A DNA stretch of 64,000 nucleotides, taken from contig JABHMO010000043.1 of the NCBI GenBank assembly GCA_018693855.1, forward strand, positions 4,450 through 68,449, in the 5' to 3' direction. Of the stretch, positions 1-10,684 are shown in pieces. The stretch is from Candidatus Falkowbacteria bacterium (GTDB lineage: Bacteria; Patescibacteriota; Patescibacteriia; UBA11705; JABHMO01). A model generated the notes under the pieces. The model had not been told where the DNA came from. It ran no database searches and was given only the letters and a program-made list of their open reading frames with translations. The translations under genes were made by a program, and so were the position numbers. Within the stretch, counting starts at the first letter, position 1; each line of letters opens with the position of its first letter.

Positions 1-986
1 TGACTGTTTTCGTGCTTCTTCTTTGTGATCAATTACCCAATTGATATGTTTAACCAACTGTTCAATACTTTTAGGAGAAAATAACAGACCATTTTTATTA
101 TGTTCAATAATTTCAGGAACACCACCCACATCAGTTGCAATTACATATTTTCCGGCTGCTGCTGCCTCAAGAACAGCCAAACTCAGACCTTCACTAATTG
201 ACGGAAGAACAAAAATATCTATATCTTTTAGCATTGACCGAACGTCAAGAACTGAACCAATAAATTTAACATTTGATTTAAGTTCCAAAGATTTAACTAG
301 AAGCTGCAACTCGTTTTTCATTGGCCCATCGCCAACTAACATAAGTTCCCATTTTTTTGCAGTAATAAATCGACAAGCTCTAATTAGATGTTTATGACCC
401 TTTTCTTTTGACAATCTACCAACTGAACCAATCACAATGCGAGGTTCGTTTAGAATACTAGGATTATGAACAAAGAATTTGTTCATATCAATTCCATTAT
501 AGATTAGCTCAACTTTATCAATATCAACTTTTTCTTTATTAATCATAAAATCTCTAACCGCATTCGAGATAGCCACTATTTTATCCATTTTACTTCTTGA
601 TTTGATAGCCAATTTATCTCGAACTGTCCCTTCACTTAAAAGGGCATGTCTAGTAGAAACGATCTTTTTCACATTAGCTTGTCGAGCAGCCATAGCGCCC
701 CAGAAATCAGCTGTAAAAAGATGAGTATGAACAATGTCAGGTTTTGTCTGTTTCAGATAGTCTGCTACTCGATCAATAATTTTCACATCAAACTTAGACC
801 GTTTATCAATCACTCGAAAGCTTATACCAGCTTCTTGCAAAGCTTGAGTTAACTCTTTATTTGATTTCTTTAAAATAACAACATCTAAAAGGAACTTGTC
901 CTTATCTATCTTTTTACAAATATCAAGCAAAAATCGCTCTGCACCAGCAAATTCAGTTGAACCTATAATGTGAGTTAGTTTAATCA
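1..986 (-). CDS. Glycosyltransferase family 4 (GT1/RfaB-like); C-terminus runs off the window start
   Basis: Reverse-strand translation starts at ATG 986-984: MIKLTHIIGSTEFAGAERFLLDICKK...GKYVIATDVGG, a typical GT4 N-terminal domain with the EX7E-type region. The + strand ORFs 41-397 and 646-852 are antisense artefacts. Confidence 0.8.
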
Positions 987-1064
987 TATTTTTAGCGTTT
1001 AGCTTTTAGTCCTTAGCGATTAGTTACCCAATGTAACTAACAACTAAAAGCTAAGGACTAATGA

Positions 1065-1766
1065 CTATTTACGCACAATAGCAAAGATAATTTCGTCAAC
1101 ATACTTGGGGACTGAGGTAAATTCAAAGAAGTATATTGATTTCCAGAATAGATGAACTATTGATCGAATAAGCGACCTAAACAATCTTGTTACTTTGTTT
1201 TTGGGGAATCGGAATGCTTTAATCGTAATTTCAGAAAAACCGACTATTCTCAATGATTGAGTTAAACTATATTCAGTAAAACCAACAGTATGAGTAAAAT
1301 CATTGTGTCTAATTCGTAAACCAGCCAATGAAGACATATTCCCAGTTTTCACAATTAACTGCCCATCTGCATTCAATTTCTGTTTGATTTTTTCTAAGAT
1401 AGCTAGAATTTCATCCTTTTTGAAATGCTCAATCACATCATTCATAACAATCAGATCATACATCGGAGAACTATTTAAAAACTCAATTAAGTCTGTAATA
1501 TGTTTAGTTTTCGTGATTCCCTTTTCCTGACAGTAATCAACAGCTTCAGCGGAAATATCTATTCCATAAAAATCAGTATAACCACTGTTCGCTAAGTAAG
1601 TTAAAAATCTACCCATTCCACAACCAATTTCCAAAATTTTTGCGTCCTTATTTTCAGGTAAAAACTTTTTATAATTATAATTATAAAGTTCAATGACGGT
1701 TTGTTCATTTTTCTCATTTAGATCTTTGAATCCAGTTGATAAGAATTTTTCAAAAGCCCTCTCCAT
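1065..1766 (-). CDS. Class I SAM-dependent methyltransferase
   Basis: 233 aa with the LEIGCGMGRFL glycine-rich SAM motif followed by DxIxxN..VMNDVIEH, a Methyltransf_11/12-like fold. Confidence 0.8.
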   Translation of the reverse strand: MERAFEKFLSTGFKDLNEKNEQTVIELYNYNYKKFLPENKDAKILEIGCGMGRFLTYLANSGYTDFYGIDISAEAVDYCQEKGITKTKHITDLIEFLNSSPMYDLIVMNDVIEHFKKDEILAILEKIKQKLNADGQLIVKTGNMSSLAGLRIRHNDFTHTVGFTEYSLTQSLRIVGFSEITIKAFRFPKNKVTRLFRSLIRSIVHLFWKSIYFFEFTSVPKYVDEIIFAIVRK

Positions 1767-1770
1767 AGAA

Positions 1771-3153
1771 TTAATTTAAGATTCTTTTTTGTTGTAAAGT
1801 TAGAATTGTAAAACCGATCGCTAAAGGAAACCACATACGAGTACCGTAGTAAGAAGTTGAGAAAAACTGGAAGAAAACTACGCCAACAGCTAACATTAAG
1901 CAGACAAGAGCAACTTTTTTGTGGGCTGCGGTCTCTGAGATACGGTACTGTTTGTAATAATTATACAAAAAGTAACTTATCAATAAACAAAACGTACCAA
2001 GCCCCAAAATACCACTTTCAACCATCTGTTTCTGAATCATACCGTGAGCATCAAGAGCATCACCAAATTCAACCCAATACGCAAAGGTGCTACCAATTAT
2101 CAAATTAAAATTATTCAATCCGTGTCCGACAATAGGACTCTTTATAAATTCACTAACAGAGATCTGAGTCATCATTAACCGACTAGAAGTCGAACCTTGA
2201 ACTTCCGTTATCTGGTTCCACAAAATAAAATAAGAAGAAAACAATGCAACGATCACAAATAAAGCAACGAACGATACGGCTGTTTTCTTAATATTTTTTT
2301 TATAAAATGCGAAATATAAAACAATTAGTTGAAGTAAAAGAGCCAGCCAACCAGTCCTTGAGAAAGTTAGAAGTAAAACAATTACAGAAAACATTGAACC
2401 AACAATGTACCAACCTTTTGATTTATAATTATTAGATTTCAAGAACAAAATAATTAACAAAGGAATCGTTACTATCATTATTTCAGCAATAGCATTGTGA
2501 TTACCTCCGAGCAAATTATAACCAAACAGTTGATAAGGCACAGCACGGTGAGCAATTATTGATCCTTCACTAAAAATAGTTGAAAGAAGTCCTAAGATTC
2601 CTGCAAAAACTCCACTGGCAACCATTAATTTCAAAACATTCAATAAAACCTTCTTCGTCTTTATAATGTTAATCGGCAACAAAACATATACTAAGTAAAA
2701 AAACGAAATAGGTCTTAACAAATATTTTATTGCAGTTGTAATTGAATCATTATTAACAGTTGAAACTAGACTTGCAAGGACGAAAAGTGCAAACAAAACA
2801 AAACCCGGAAATATTTTCAAAAGTATTTGCTTAGCATGTTTCTTTTCTTCCAGATACAGAATAATTGAACGCAATACCATTCCACCAAGTAAGAGCATCC
2901 CAATAATGTCATGATAAGGAGCGTTAAAATTTCCAGAAATGAAATACCAGCCAGAAAAAGGATACAGAAGCGCAAAGATGTAAAGACCAACAACAGGAAA
3001 AGATGAGAAAAAGAGAATCAGCAGTAAAAAAGCATTTGCAGCCACAATCATCTGCCAATCTAAATAGAATAATGAGATAACATTAAATAAAGCAATTATT
3101 ACTAAATAGCTGATATAGTAAACTAACTTTTTATTTAGGTGAATTTTTTCCAT
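1771..3153 (-). CDS. Polytopic membrane protein, O-antigen ligase/polymerase (Wzy_C)-like
   Basis: 460 aa with ~10-12 predicted TM helices and a large loop; it sits beside glycosyltransferase and methyltransferase genes. The family assignment is from topology and context only. Confidence 0.45.
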   Translation of the reverse strand: MEKIHLNKKLVYYISYLVIIALFNVISLFYLDWQMIVAANAFLLLILFFSSFPVVGLYIFALLYPFSGWYFISGNFNAPYHDIIGMLLLGGMVLRSIILYLEEKKHAKQILLKIFPGFVLFALFVLASLVSTVNNDSITTAIKYLLRPISFFYLVYVLLPINIIKTKKVLLNVLKLMVASGVFAGILGLLSTIFSEGSIIAHRAVPYQLFGYNLLGGNHNAIAEIMIVTIPLLIILFLKSNNYKSKGWYIVGSMFSVIVLLLTFSRTGWLALLLQLIVLYFAFYKKNIKKTAVSFVALFVIVALFSSYFILWNQITEVQGSTSSRLMMTQISVSEFIKSPIVGHGLNNFNLIIGSTFAYWVEFGDALDAHGMIQKQMVESGILGLGTFCLLISYFLYNYYKQYRISETAAHKKVALVCLMLAVGVVFFQFFSTSYYGTRMWFPLAIGFTILTLQQKRILN

Positions 3154-3233
3154 TTAATCTAAAATAAAGAAAGTTTTTTGCTCACTTTTTCTCATTGGAT
3201 TATAGCATAATAAAGCAAAATTAGCAAAATGAT

Positions 3234-3320
3234 GAGTGAAGTGAATTGGAGTAAATCGAGGTAAATCGAAGTGAATCGGAGTAAATCGAGGTGAATCGAA
3301 GTAAAATGCAGTAAATCAAT
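3234..3320. repeat. Tandem decamer array (TCGRRGTRAA x ~8), family R10, locus 1
   Basis: gtgaa ttggagtaaa tcgaggtaaa tcgaagtgaa tcggagtaaa tcgaggtgaa tcgaagtaaa read directly. The same decamer array recurs at 20452-20518, 27771-27840, 52461-52548 and 60126-60186, always in the same + strand orientation. Confidence 0.8.
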
Positions 3321-3384
3321 ATTTTTAAAATTGAAAAGACCCGGAGCATGAGAGCTCGGGCCTTGTTGAAGTTAGAAAAAAGAA

Positions 3385-6300
3385 CTAGTCAATTTGAACT
3401 GGTCGACCGCCTTCGACGCAGGCCTCCACAGTGACAGAGACACCGTCAACAGTGCAGACAGGGATCGAGATGGCAGTACAATCATACCATTGTGGGTCAG
3501 GAGGTCCAGGCGCTTGCGCTTGAGATGCGCCGACGAAGACCGTTCGGCCTTGAATCCCCTGAGCATTTACAATTACGGTGAAACAGCCGTCTTGATCCAG
3601 CGGATTGTTCCAGTCGGACGCCCAGCCTCCACTACTCGAGCCCCAACCGAGCTGACCATAATCAGTCGGATTAAGACCACTATAACAGCAGTACACTTCG
3701 TGGAGATCTTCGACGTAGGTTTCACAACCATCACTGGCCGTACCTTGATCTTGATAACCCGGAATACAGGCATCGATTTGGCACTGACCATCAACACATA
3801 ACGTTTGACTGACCTGAGGCAGATTCCCGCAGTTATTCCCGCAAGCACCACAGTTCAGTACGTCATCTTCAAAGTTGGTGTCCTCGTCGACGAAACCATC
3901 GCAGTCATTATCCAGCTCATCGCAGAGTTCATTGCCTCCACGAGTCTGCCAGCAATTGTACTCGCACCCTTCAGTCTCCGGATCGATATTATGCCAACCC
4001 GAGTCACAGGAATACGAGCACTGACTGTTCACACACGACGCTGTAGCGTTGATGCCCGAACAGACGTCACCACAACCGCCACAGTTGTCTGGGTCGATTT
4101 CCAGGTTAAAGTCCTCATCGGTGAGACCGTCGCAATCGTCGTCTTCGCCGTTGCAGAGTTCGGAATCTAGCGGTTCTACCGCATCGAAACAGTCGCCCCA
4201 ATGGTTGCCGACGCATAGCCGCGATCCAGCCAAACAAATACCGATACCGTCTTGAGCGATCGGTCCGCAAGAGTCCGGATCGATCACCCCATTCGGGTTG
4301 CATTCACATCCTTCGTCCACTTGCCCATCGCAATCGTTGTCCAGTCCGTCACACATATTGACTTCGTCCGGTTGGCTATAACTACTACCTCCCGGCATAG
4401 TCGTGCAAACGGTCAAGTTAGACGGAGCGCACTCGATAAGACCATCTTCGCAGACGCCTTTACCTGTACAGGGTGCACCAACGTGAAAACCTTCATCGAT
4501 CTGACCATCGCAGTCATCGTCGGCGTAGTCGCATTTCTCGACAGCACCTGGATTTGCCCACGGAGCCAGATCACGACAGTCGCCATCGCAGACGCGATAG
4601 CCATCTTCATCGTAGTCCGCTTCGTTCTCAGGAACGATACCATCGCAGTCATCGTCCAGCCCGTTGCAGAGTTCCTGCTCCAGACCATTATAAGCGCCGA
4701 TGCACTCGGTCCACTGGTTGTTGACACAACGAATCTCTCCGAGTTCACAGATACCTTCGTCAGTGCCACACGGTAAGATCATGTCGTTTTGACAATTACA
4801 GTCTTCATCGAGTAATCCGTCGCAATCATTATCCAGCCCGTCTCCGAGCCCCTCTCCGCAGAGTTCAATGCTCGAGGGGAAATAGTCACTCCCATCCGGC
4901 AAGACACTGCATTGCCGTTCAGTTTGACTAGCACATTCGATCATGCCTTCGATATCACTGCACACTCCAACGCCCCAACACGGCTGACCGATAGCGTAAT
5001 CTTCGTCGATCGCGCCATCACAGTCGTTATCCAGACTGTCGCAGAGTTCCTGCGTGCCATCGTATTCACTGGCACCGACATCACTGCTACAGCGAATGGT
5101 CTGCGCGTCAGCGCATTCATAAACACCGTTACCGCACTCGCCACGACCGTTACACGGATCACCGATCAGAAAATCCTCGTCGATCTCACCGTCGCAATCA
5201 TCGTCGAGCCCGTTACAGGATTCGATCCCCACTTGCTGGCTACTGCCACCTGGATCAGTGCTGCAACGCGTATCATCGAGGTTTTCACACTCGATCACGC
5301 CTTGTCCGCAGACACCAACACCGTCGCAGATATTGCCAACGAAGTAGTCTTCATCGATTTGTCCATCGCAATCGTTGTCAAGTCCGTCGCAGGTTTCGCT
5401 TTGCCCGTCGTAAGACGAACCCCGCGGACTGGTACTGCAACGAGATCCATTGACTCCGTCGCATTCCCAGACACCGTCGCTACACTGGCCAATGCCAGCG
5501 CAAGCGATCCCCACATTGAAATCCTCATCGACGACGTCATCGCAATCGTTATCCACTCCGTCACAAAGTTCCTGCGTGCCGTCGTAGGACGACCCACCGA
5601 TATCGCTGCTGCAACGAGCGGACTCTGCATCTGCGCATTCGAGAAATCCGACTCCGCATTGTCCGACACCTTCACAGGCATCGCCGACACGGTAGTCTTC
5701 ATCGATCTCGCCGTCACAGTCGTCATCGAATCCATTGCAGAGTTCGTTCTCACTCTGGTCCTGACTGCCACCCGAATCGGTACTGCATCGCGTCGAAATC
5801 GAACTATCACACTCGATCTGACCCGTCCCGCAAGAACCTTCACCGATGCAGCTCACGCCGATATTGAAAATCTCATCGATGCTGCCGTCGCAATCGTTGT
5901 CCAGACCATCGCAAAGCTCGGACGAAGCACTGTAACTGGAACCTTCAGGATTAGTGCTACAACGAGCGCCTCCGAAGTCATTACACTCCCAGACACCGTC
6001 GCTGCACTCCCCGACTCCGTCGCAATGGTTGCCGACATTGAAATCCTCGTCGATCTCACCATCACAATCGTTATCCAGGCCGTCACACGTTTCAGACAAA
6101 CCTTCATAAGACGACCCGTTCTGATCCGTACTGCAACGTGTTTCGGTTTCGCTAGCGCACTCGATGGTTCCAAGTCCGCACTGACCCACACCCTCGCAGG
6201 TGTCGCCGATACGAAAATCCTCGTCAATCTCGCCGTCGCAGTCGTTATCCAGACCATCGCAGAGTTCCTCGGAACTCTCGTCATCAGGGCCACCTGGATA

Positions 6301-7722
6301 CGTATTGCAGGTCGAAGCCGATTCGCTCACACAAACGATCTCACCAGCCGAGCATACACCCAGCTGCGGACAAGAGTCGCCCACATTGAAATCTTCGTCA
6401 GTCAAACCGTCGCAGTCGTTGTCCAGGTTGTCACAAATTTCGGTCTCGGCCTCGTAGGCTGTACCACCGATATCAGTCGAACAGCGCGTGGAATCTTCGT
6501 CCTCGCACTCGAGCACGCCAATCCCGCATTCTCCGACTCCGTCGCAGGACAAGCCCACTCCGAAATCTTCATCTGCTTCACCGTCGCAATCGTCATCGAT
6601 ACCGTTGCAGATCTCTTCACTACTCTGGTCAGCACTGCTGCCTGGCGAAGTGGAGCAAACCCACAATAATTGGTTCTCTGCGCATTCCCAGACTCCCTGT
6701 CCACAAGCACCAACCACCGGACAGGGTTGTCCAATGATCACGCCCGGAAAAATGTTCTGATCAAGTTCATCGATCTCGCCGTCACAGTCGTTGTCCAATC
6801 CGTCGCAAAACTCCAGACGTCCAACATATTGACTGCCAAACGGATCAATATCACAAATACGACCGCCGTTGTCAGTGCATTCCCACTTGCCAACACTGGA
6901 GTTACAGGTACCGAAGGTACCCTGACACGGATAGCCGATCTCAAAGTCCTCATCGATCATGCCGTCACAATCGTTATCCAGATTGTCACAGGTCTCGTCA
7001 GTGGGCAGGATCTCATCGCAATCAGACCAAACACCATCTTCACAGGTCTGTTGACCGCGTTGACATTCGCCTTGTGCATCTTCATCGATACTGCCACAGT
7101 AACGAGCCGTACCATCACTGCATTCGCAATCTTCATCGAACTCGCCGTCACAGTCGTCGTCGTCCATATCGCAGGAGGTTTCACGACCGTACTCATCGAG
7201 ATGCATCTGGTCGATCACGCAAGCATACTCGCAACCCGGAATTTCCGGGTCGTAATCGTACCAGTTATCCATACACTCATACTGACAGGTACCATCGACG
7301 CATGAAACGCTGGAGTGCTCCAGATCTTCACAAGCGCTATTACACGCCCCGCAGTGCTCAACATTGGTACTCAGATTGAAATTCTCGTCAACCTGACCGT
7401 CGCAATCATCATCGAGCCCGTTACAATACTGTTCGAACTCCAACCCCAAACATTGGGATTCGGAGTGATCAACTGCATCGTAATCACCCAGAAGTTCATA
7501 TCGACAGAACTGACCAGCGCCACTCTCGTAGCACAGATAGCCTGCCGGGCATTGAGCTTGCGGTCCGCAAGGGATCACGCACTCACCATAGACACAGACC
7601 CATCCCTGGGCTGTACATGACTGCTCGCAAGGCGAGCTGTTGGAGTTGCTGGACTTGTTCCAGTCACAGCCACTTGTTGACAGAACGGAAGCCAAAAGGA
7701 AACAGAGAATCAGACGTCGCAT
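3385..7722 (-). CDS. Giant secreted lipoprotein with ~20 Cys-rich CDGxDNDCDGxxDE (MopE-type putative metal-binding) repeats; GC-rich
   Basis: ATG at 7722 is preceded by AAGGAGA (SD). The signal peptide MRRLILCFLLASVLSTSGC carries a lipobox. Repeated CDGLDNDCDGxIDEDFxxGxxC..GxC..GxxEC modules follow. GC is ~58% against a ~35% backbone. The + strand ORFs inside it are antisense artefacts. Confidence 0.75.
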   Translation of the reverse strand: MRRLILCFLLASVLSTSGCDWNKSSNSNSSPCEQSCTAQGWVCVYGECVIPCGPQAQCPAGYLCYESGAGQFCRYELLGDYDAVDHSESQCLGLEFEQYCNGLDDDCDGQVDENFNLSTNVEHCGACNSACEDLEHSSVSCVDGTCQYECMDNWYDYDPEIPGCEYACVIDQMHLDEYGRETSCDMDDDDCDGEFDEDCECSDGTARYCGSIDEDAQGECQRGQQTCEDGVWSDCDEILPTDETCDNLDNDCDGMIDEDFEIGYPCQGTFGTCNSSVGKWECTDNGGRICDIDPFGSQYVGRLEFCDGLDNDCDGEIDELDQNIFPGVIIGQPCPVVGACGQGVWECAENQLLWVCSTSPGSSADQSSEEICNGIDDDCDGEADEDFGVGLSCDGVGECGIGVLECEDEDSTRCSTDIGGTAYEAETEICDNLDNDCDGLTDEDFNVGDSCPQLGVCSAGEIVCVSESASTCNTYPGGPDDESSEELCDGLDNDCDGEIDEDFRIGDTCEGVGQCGLGTIECASETETRCSTDQNGSSYEGLSETCDGLDNDCDGEIDEDFNVGNHCDGVGECSDGVWECNDFGGARCSTNPEGSSYSASSELCDGLDNDCDGSIDEIFNIGVSCIGEGSCGTGQIECDSSISTRCSTDSGGSQDQSENELCNGFDDDCDGEIDEDYRVGDACEGVGQCGVGFLECADAESARCSSDIGGSSYDGTQELCDGVDNDCDDVVDEDFNVGIACAGIGQCSDGVWECDGVNGSRCSTSPRGSSYDGQSETCDGLDNDCDGQIDEDYFVGNICDGVGVCGQGVIECENLDDTRCSTDPGGSSQQVGIESCNGLDDDCDGEIDEDFLIGDPCNGRGECGNGVYECADAQTIRCSSDVGASEYDGTQELCDSLDNDCDGAIDEDYAIGQPCWGVGVCSDIEGMIECASQTERQCSVLPDGSDYFPSSIELCGEGLGDGLDNDCDGLLDEDCNCQNDMILPCGTDEGICELGEIRCVNNQWTECIGAYNGLEQELCNGLDDDCDGIVPENEADYDEDGYRVCDGDCRDLAPWANPGAVEKCDYADDDCDGQIDEGFHVGAPCTGKGVCEDGLIECAPSNLTVCTTMPGGSSYSQPDEVNMCDGLDNDCDGQVDEGCECNPNGVIDPDSCGPIAQDGIGICLAGSRLCVGNHWGDCFDAVEPLDSELCNGEDDDCDGLTDEDFNLEIDPDNCGGCGDVCSGINATASCVNSQCSYSCDSGWHNIDPETEGCEYNCWQTRGGNELCDELDNDCDGFVDEDTNFEDDVLNCGACGNNCGNLPQVSQTLCVDGQCQIDACIPGYQDQGTASDGCETYVEDLHEVYCCYSGLNPTDYGQLGWGSSSGGWASDWNNPLDQDGCFTVIVNAQGIQGRTVFVGASQAQAPGPPDPQWYDCTAISIPVCTVDGVSVTVEACVEGGRPVQID

Positions 7723-7954
7723 GGTATTTTCTCCTTGGTTAGACGTCACACAAAAATCAAGATTTTGCCCCGCCATGGCGGGGCTGACAGAATTGTCAAA
7801 GTCCTATGTAGAACATTATAGATTAGCTTATTTTAAGGAAATTGTCAAGGGGAAATCACGAAACGCGGATCGCAGAACTCAGATCGTAAAACTCAAATTG
7901 ACAATTAAAACGGCCAGCAATAAAAAACAGCTAAATTTAGACAATTATTTAAAA

Positions 7955-7990
7955 ACAAAGGACCTGAACAAATGTTCGTTCAGGTCCTTG
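7955..7990. terminator. Bidirectional rho-independent terminator hairpin (AAGGACCTGAAC...GTTCAGGTCCTT)
   Basis: A perfect 12-bp inverted repeat with T-rich tracts on both sides, lying between the 3' end of the 8009-9451 gene and the promoter of the 3385-7722 gene. Confidence 0.55.
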
Positions 7991-8008
7991 TAATTCAGTA
8001 GCAAAAAG

Positions 8009-9451
8009 CTAGAAGCAAGCGTAAGGTACGGTTGCACGACGTTTCGTCGTCCCCTCGAGTCCATCAATGGTGTCAACCGTCACTTCGGGGTTACAGGTCA
8101 CCGTTAGCAACGCGGTGTATGACGTGCTGTTGAAATGGAACTCGTTCGAACTCCAACCACAGACACCTTCGTAACTCAGGAAGAATGCTTGACCGCAGTC
8201 AACTCGAGTTTCGTCACCGTTCCGCCCGCCCCACCAGTAGATGGCTTGCTGTCCTCCCGGACAACCAGAGAACATGCACCATACACCATCAGGGTCATAG
8301 GGCAACTCGTCGACAGCATAGTCTCCGAGATTGTCCTCATCACCATCGGGCTGACTATGGTTGAAACACATGGTCTCATCGCGGTACTCACCGCAACCAT
8401 ACCCACCACAGGACTCGACATGGTAGGTGCAATACCCCAGCTCGCAAACGCCCTCGAGATGGATTAAGCGATCCCGATCGTTCTCGCAGATCACGACGTC
8501 CGCCTGACACCGGTGATTGTCTTGGCACGGACGACAGAAATCCTCACTACACCAACGATATGTATCCTCGGGGCAGAACTGATTGCAGGTTCCTTCGACA
8601 GGCTCCGCATTTGAGCCGTCCAAACAGATCCGCTGCTCTTGCGTGCAAACTATCTCTCCCTCCTCGTCTTCCTGCTCGGTTTCATCGTAACTGTCGAGGT
8701 CGATGTCACCTTCATCGGACTGAACACACTGACCGTCGTAACAGCCTAACATACCGCAATCCTCAAGGTAAAGCTGACAACGGCCGGTTCCGTGCCCCTC
8801 GACATATTCGCATTGAGCGTTGTCGGGGTGGGTAAAAATGCGATCTCCCGACTGGCAATCGGCGATGTTCTCGCACTGCGAATTGGACGTACATGTCCAG
8901 CAATCCGCGATCTGATCATGACGACAAGCGCCGTACGCATCGCAATAGTCGCGAGTGCAAGGATCGAGGTCCGGGTCACAAATACAGACGTTCGGCTCAG
9001 CATCCGGCTCCGATTCGGTAGCGTCCGTGTCGGTATCGCCTTCTTCGCAACGCGAATCATAGACGATATGACACTGCCCCGTGTTACTACAAACTGCAAG
9101 CTGACAGTCTCCAACTTCCAGGTGATCGAGGCAATACTGCGACGTCTCACACGGAATTCCTGTCGCCTGCTCGTTGTCGGACTGCTCAGCCGTATCCACG
9201 GTGTCAGTGTCACCGCCGTAAACGGTGACACACTGATTGCGGATACAAGCCATTCCGTTCCTACACTGCTCGTCATCGGTGCATTCCTGGCTCGGCACAT
9301 CCTGAGTCTCAGTTTCACTGACGCTCTCGGTACGGGGATTTCCCCAGCCGGAATCGTCGGTGTCGCCGGAAAGAGTAGCCGTGCCGTTGCAAGCGGACAC
9401 GAACAGAGTAATGGCGATAATCGCCAGTAACAAGGAATGAATCTTCCTCAT
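8009..9451 (-). CDS. Cys-rich secreted lipoprotein (Myxococcota-type cysteine repeats); GC-rich
   Basis: ATG at 9451 with a GGAGG SD. Signal peptide plus lipobox MRKIHSLLLAIIAITLFVSAC. Repeated CxxxxQCxNGxCxxNQC-like modules. Confidence 0.65.
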   Translation of the reverse strand: MRKIHSLLLAIIAITLFVSACNGTATLSGDTDDSGWGNPRTESVSETETQDVPSQECTDDEQCRNGMACIRNQCVTVYGGDTDTVDTAEQSDNEQATGIPCETSQYCLDHLEVGDCQLAVCSNTGQCHIVYDSRCEEGDTDTDATESEPDAEPNVCICDPDLDPCTRDYCDAYGACRHDQIADCWTCTSNSQCENIADCQSGDRIFTHPDNAQCEYVEGHGTGRCQLYLEDCGMLGCYDGQCVQSDEGDIDLDSYDETEQEDEEGEIVCTQEQRICLDGSNAEPVEGTCNQFCPEDTYRWCSEDFCRPCQDNHRCQADVVICENDRDRLIHLEGVCELGYCTYHVESCGGYGCGEYRDETMCFNHSQPDGDEDNLGDYAVDELPYDPDGVWCMFSGCPGGQQAIYWWGGRNGDETRVDCGQAFFLSYEGVCGWSSNEFHFNSTSYTALLTVTCNPEVTVDTIDGLEGTTKRRATVPYACF

Positions 9452-9518
9452 AGGGGCCTCCATCTTCAAGGGTTTCGGAAATGAAAAGGTACGAAAAATG
9501 ACACTAGGATAACATCTT

Positions 9519-9547
9519 ATTATAGCAAAAAAGACGATCTTTGTCAA
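9519..9547 (-). promoter_or_regulatory. Consensus sigma70-type promoter (TTGACA-17-TATAAT) for the 8009-9451 gene
   Basis: Minus-strand reading gives TTGACAaagatcgtcttttttgcTATAAT with an exact 17-bp spacer. Confidence 0.55.
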
Positions 9548-9553
9548 CCTCTG

Positions 9554-9583
9554 TCACGTATCACTTAACACGTAGCACGTAAC
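9554..9583. repeat. Heptad tandem array (CACGTAR), family R7
   Basis: cacgtatcacttaacacgtagcacgtaac. The same ACGTARC heptads recur at 13443-13468, 19832-19866, 30655-30690 (inverted), 41466-41497, 43403-43440 and 58055-58088, usually just upstream of a -35 element. Confidence 0.7.
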
Positions 9584-9713
9584 AGAACACAAAAATCATT
9601 AATTTAAGCTAAATTTAGACAAAACTTTATAAAATTTATTTAAAATGAAGAGCCCCGAACGATGTTGTTCGGAGCTCGACTGTTGAGGTTGAGAGTTAAA
9701 TCGTAATGACGAC

Positions 9714-10538
9714 CTAATACTGGCAGGTGTAGTTCAGTTCCACATCTTCGAGGCCGTGGCCCTGATAATGCGTTGTGAATCCACCGTCGCACTGAATCGT
9801 CAACTCGTCACCGTGATCCCACACGCTGGGATTGCAACCGGAGACGGATGAACAGTTGACCTGGTTATAGCGGAACCATGCGGTTCCGTATGGGACTTGC
9901 CCCCACGGACAGATGTCCCGACTCAGGTCGAACGTGATCCACTCACCACATTCGTGGTATTCCCCTTCGCTGCCGCCGTTCGTGCCTCCGGAATACCAGA
10001 GCGATACGAGATAGTTGGCGCGACAACCGGTCCAACGACAGGTAATCGTCTCGCCGGTCGGATCTGGGTCGTTGTCGTTGTCGTTGTCCGTGGTGTCGGT
10101 ATCACCGTTGTTCACCGGTTCGCCGATCAATTCGCATTCGCCTTGCATGGCCGCTACGAGATTGTTATCGCCGTCGTAATACGAGTCCACCGTTCGTGTC
10201 GGAACACAGCCCCAATGGCCATCCAACCCGTCAAGCGGTACATAGGAATTGCGGCGACAACTGTCTTCGGAAGAGAGGACGTCCATGAAACGGTTGGTCA
10301 CCGTGCGAATTTCGCACATGTTGGCACAACGTTTCATAGCGTAACCTTCTTCCGCGGATCGTATCTCGTCATTGATGCAAGTCATCGGCTGCGGACATCC
10401 CGCATCGGTGATGCATTGCTGCACCTCCCAATAGTCGATGTTCTGCGTCCCCGTGATCGTGGCATCATCCTGGCAGGCGATGGTGGTCAGAGCGATGGCC
10501 AACACGACCAACGTAACGAACAGATTCCTTTTCTTCAT
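9714..10538 (-). CDS. Cys-rich secreted lipoprotein; GC-rich
   Basis: MKKRNLFVTLVVLAIALTTIAC carries a lipobox. A GAGGAG SD precedes the ATG. 274 aa, Cys-rich. Confidence 0.6.
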   Translation of the reverse strand: MKKRNLFVTLVVLAIALTTIACQDDATITGTQNIDYWEVQQCITDAGCPQPMTCINDEIRSAEEGYAMKRCANMCEIRTVTNRFMDVLSSEDSCRRNSYVPLDGLDGHWGCVPTRTVDSYYDGDNNLVAAMQGECELIGEPVNNGDTDTTDNDNDNDPDPTGETITCRWTGCRANYLVSLWYSGGTNGGSEGEYHECGEWITFDLSRDICPWGQVPYGTAWFRYNQVNCSSVSGCNPSVWDHGDELTIQCDGGFTTHYQGHGLEDVELNYTCQY

Positions 10539-10684
10539 GATTTTTCTCCTCAGGTGAAAAGGTGGTCAATTGTGAAACGAAACAAGTATCCTCATCCGTT
10601 TTATCATAAATTATTTATAATAGAACAGATGAGGAGGGGATGAAAAGCTCCATCCCCACCATTGTGAAAAAAACAGTACTTGAA

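Noticed and set aside
41-852. + strand ORFs 41-397 and 646-852
   Set aside because: They lie antisense to a well-supported GT4 glycosyltransferase coding frame on the minus strand.
3234-3320. Possible CRISPR array (regular short repeats at several loci)
   Set aside because: Repeat periods are 10 or 7 nt with no unique spacers. CRISPR repeats are 24-48 nt, separated by similar-length spacers. No cas genes are present.
4912-6669. 585-aa + strand ORF, and many other + strand ORFs between 3394 and 7620
   Set aside because: They lie antisense to the 1445-aa Cys-repeat gene. Their low-complexity T/A/V-rich translation is typical of the reverse frame of GC-rich repetitive coding DNA. They have no SD or promoter.
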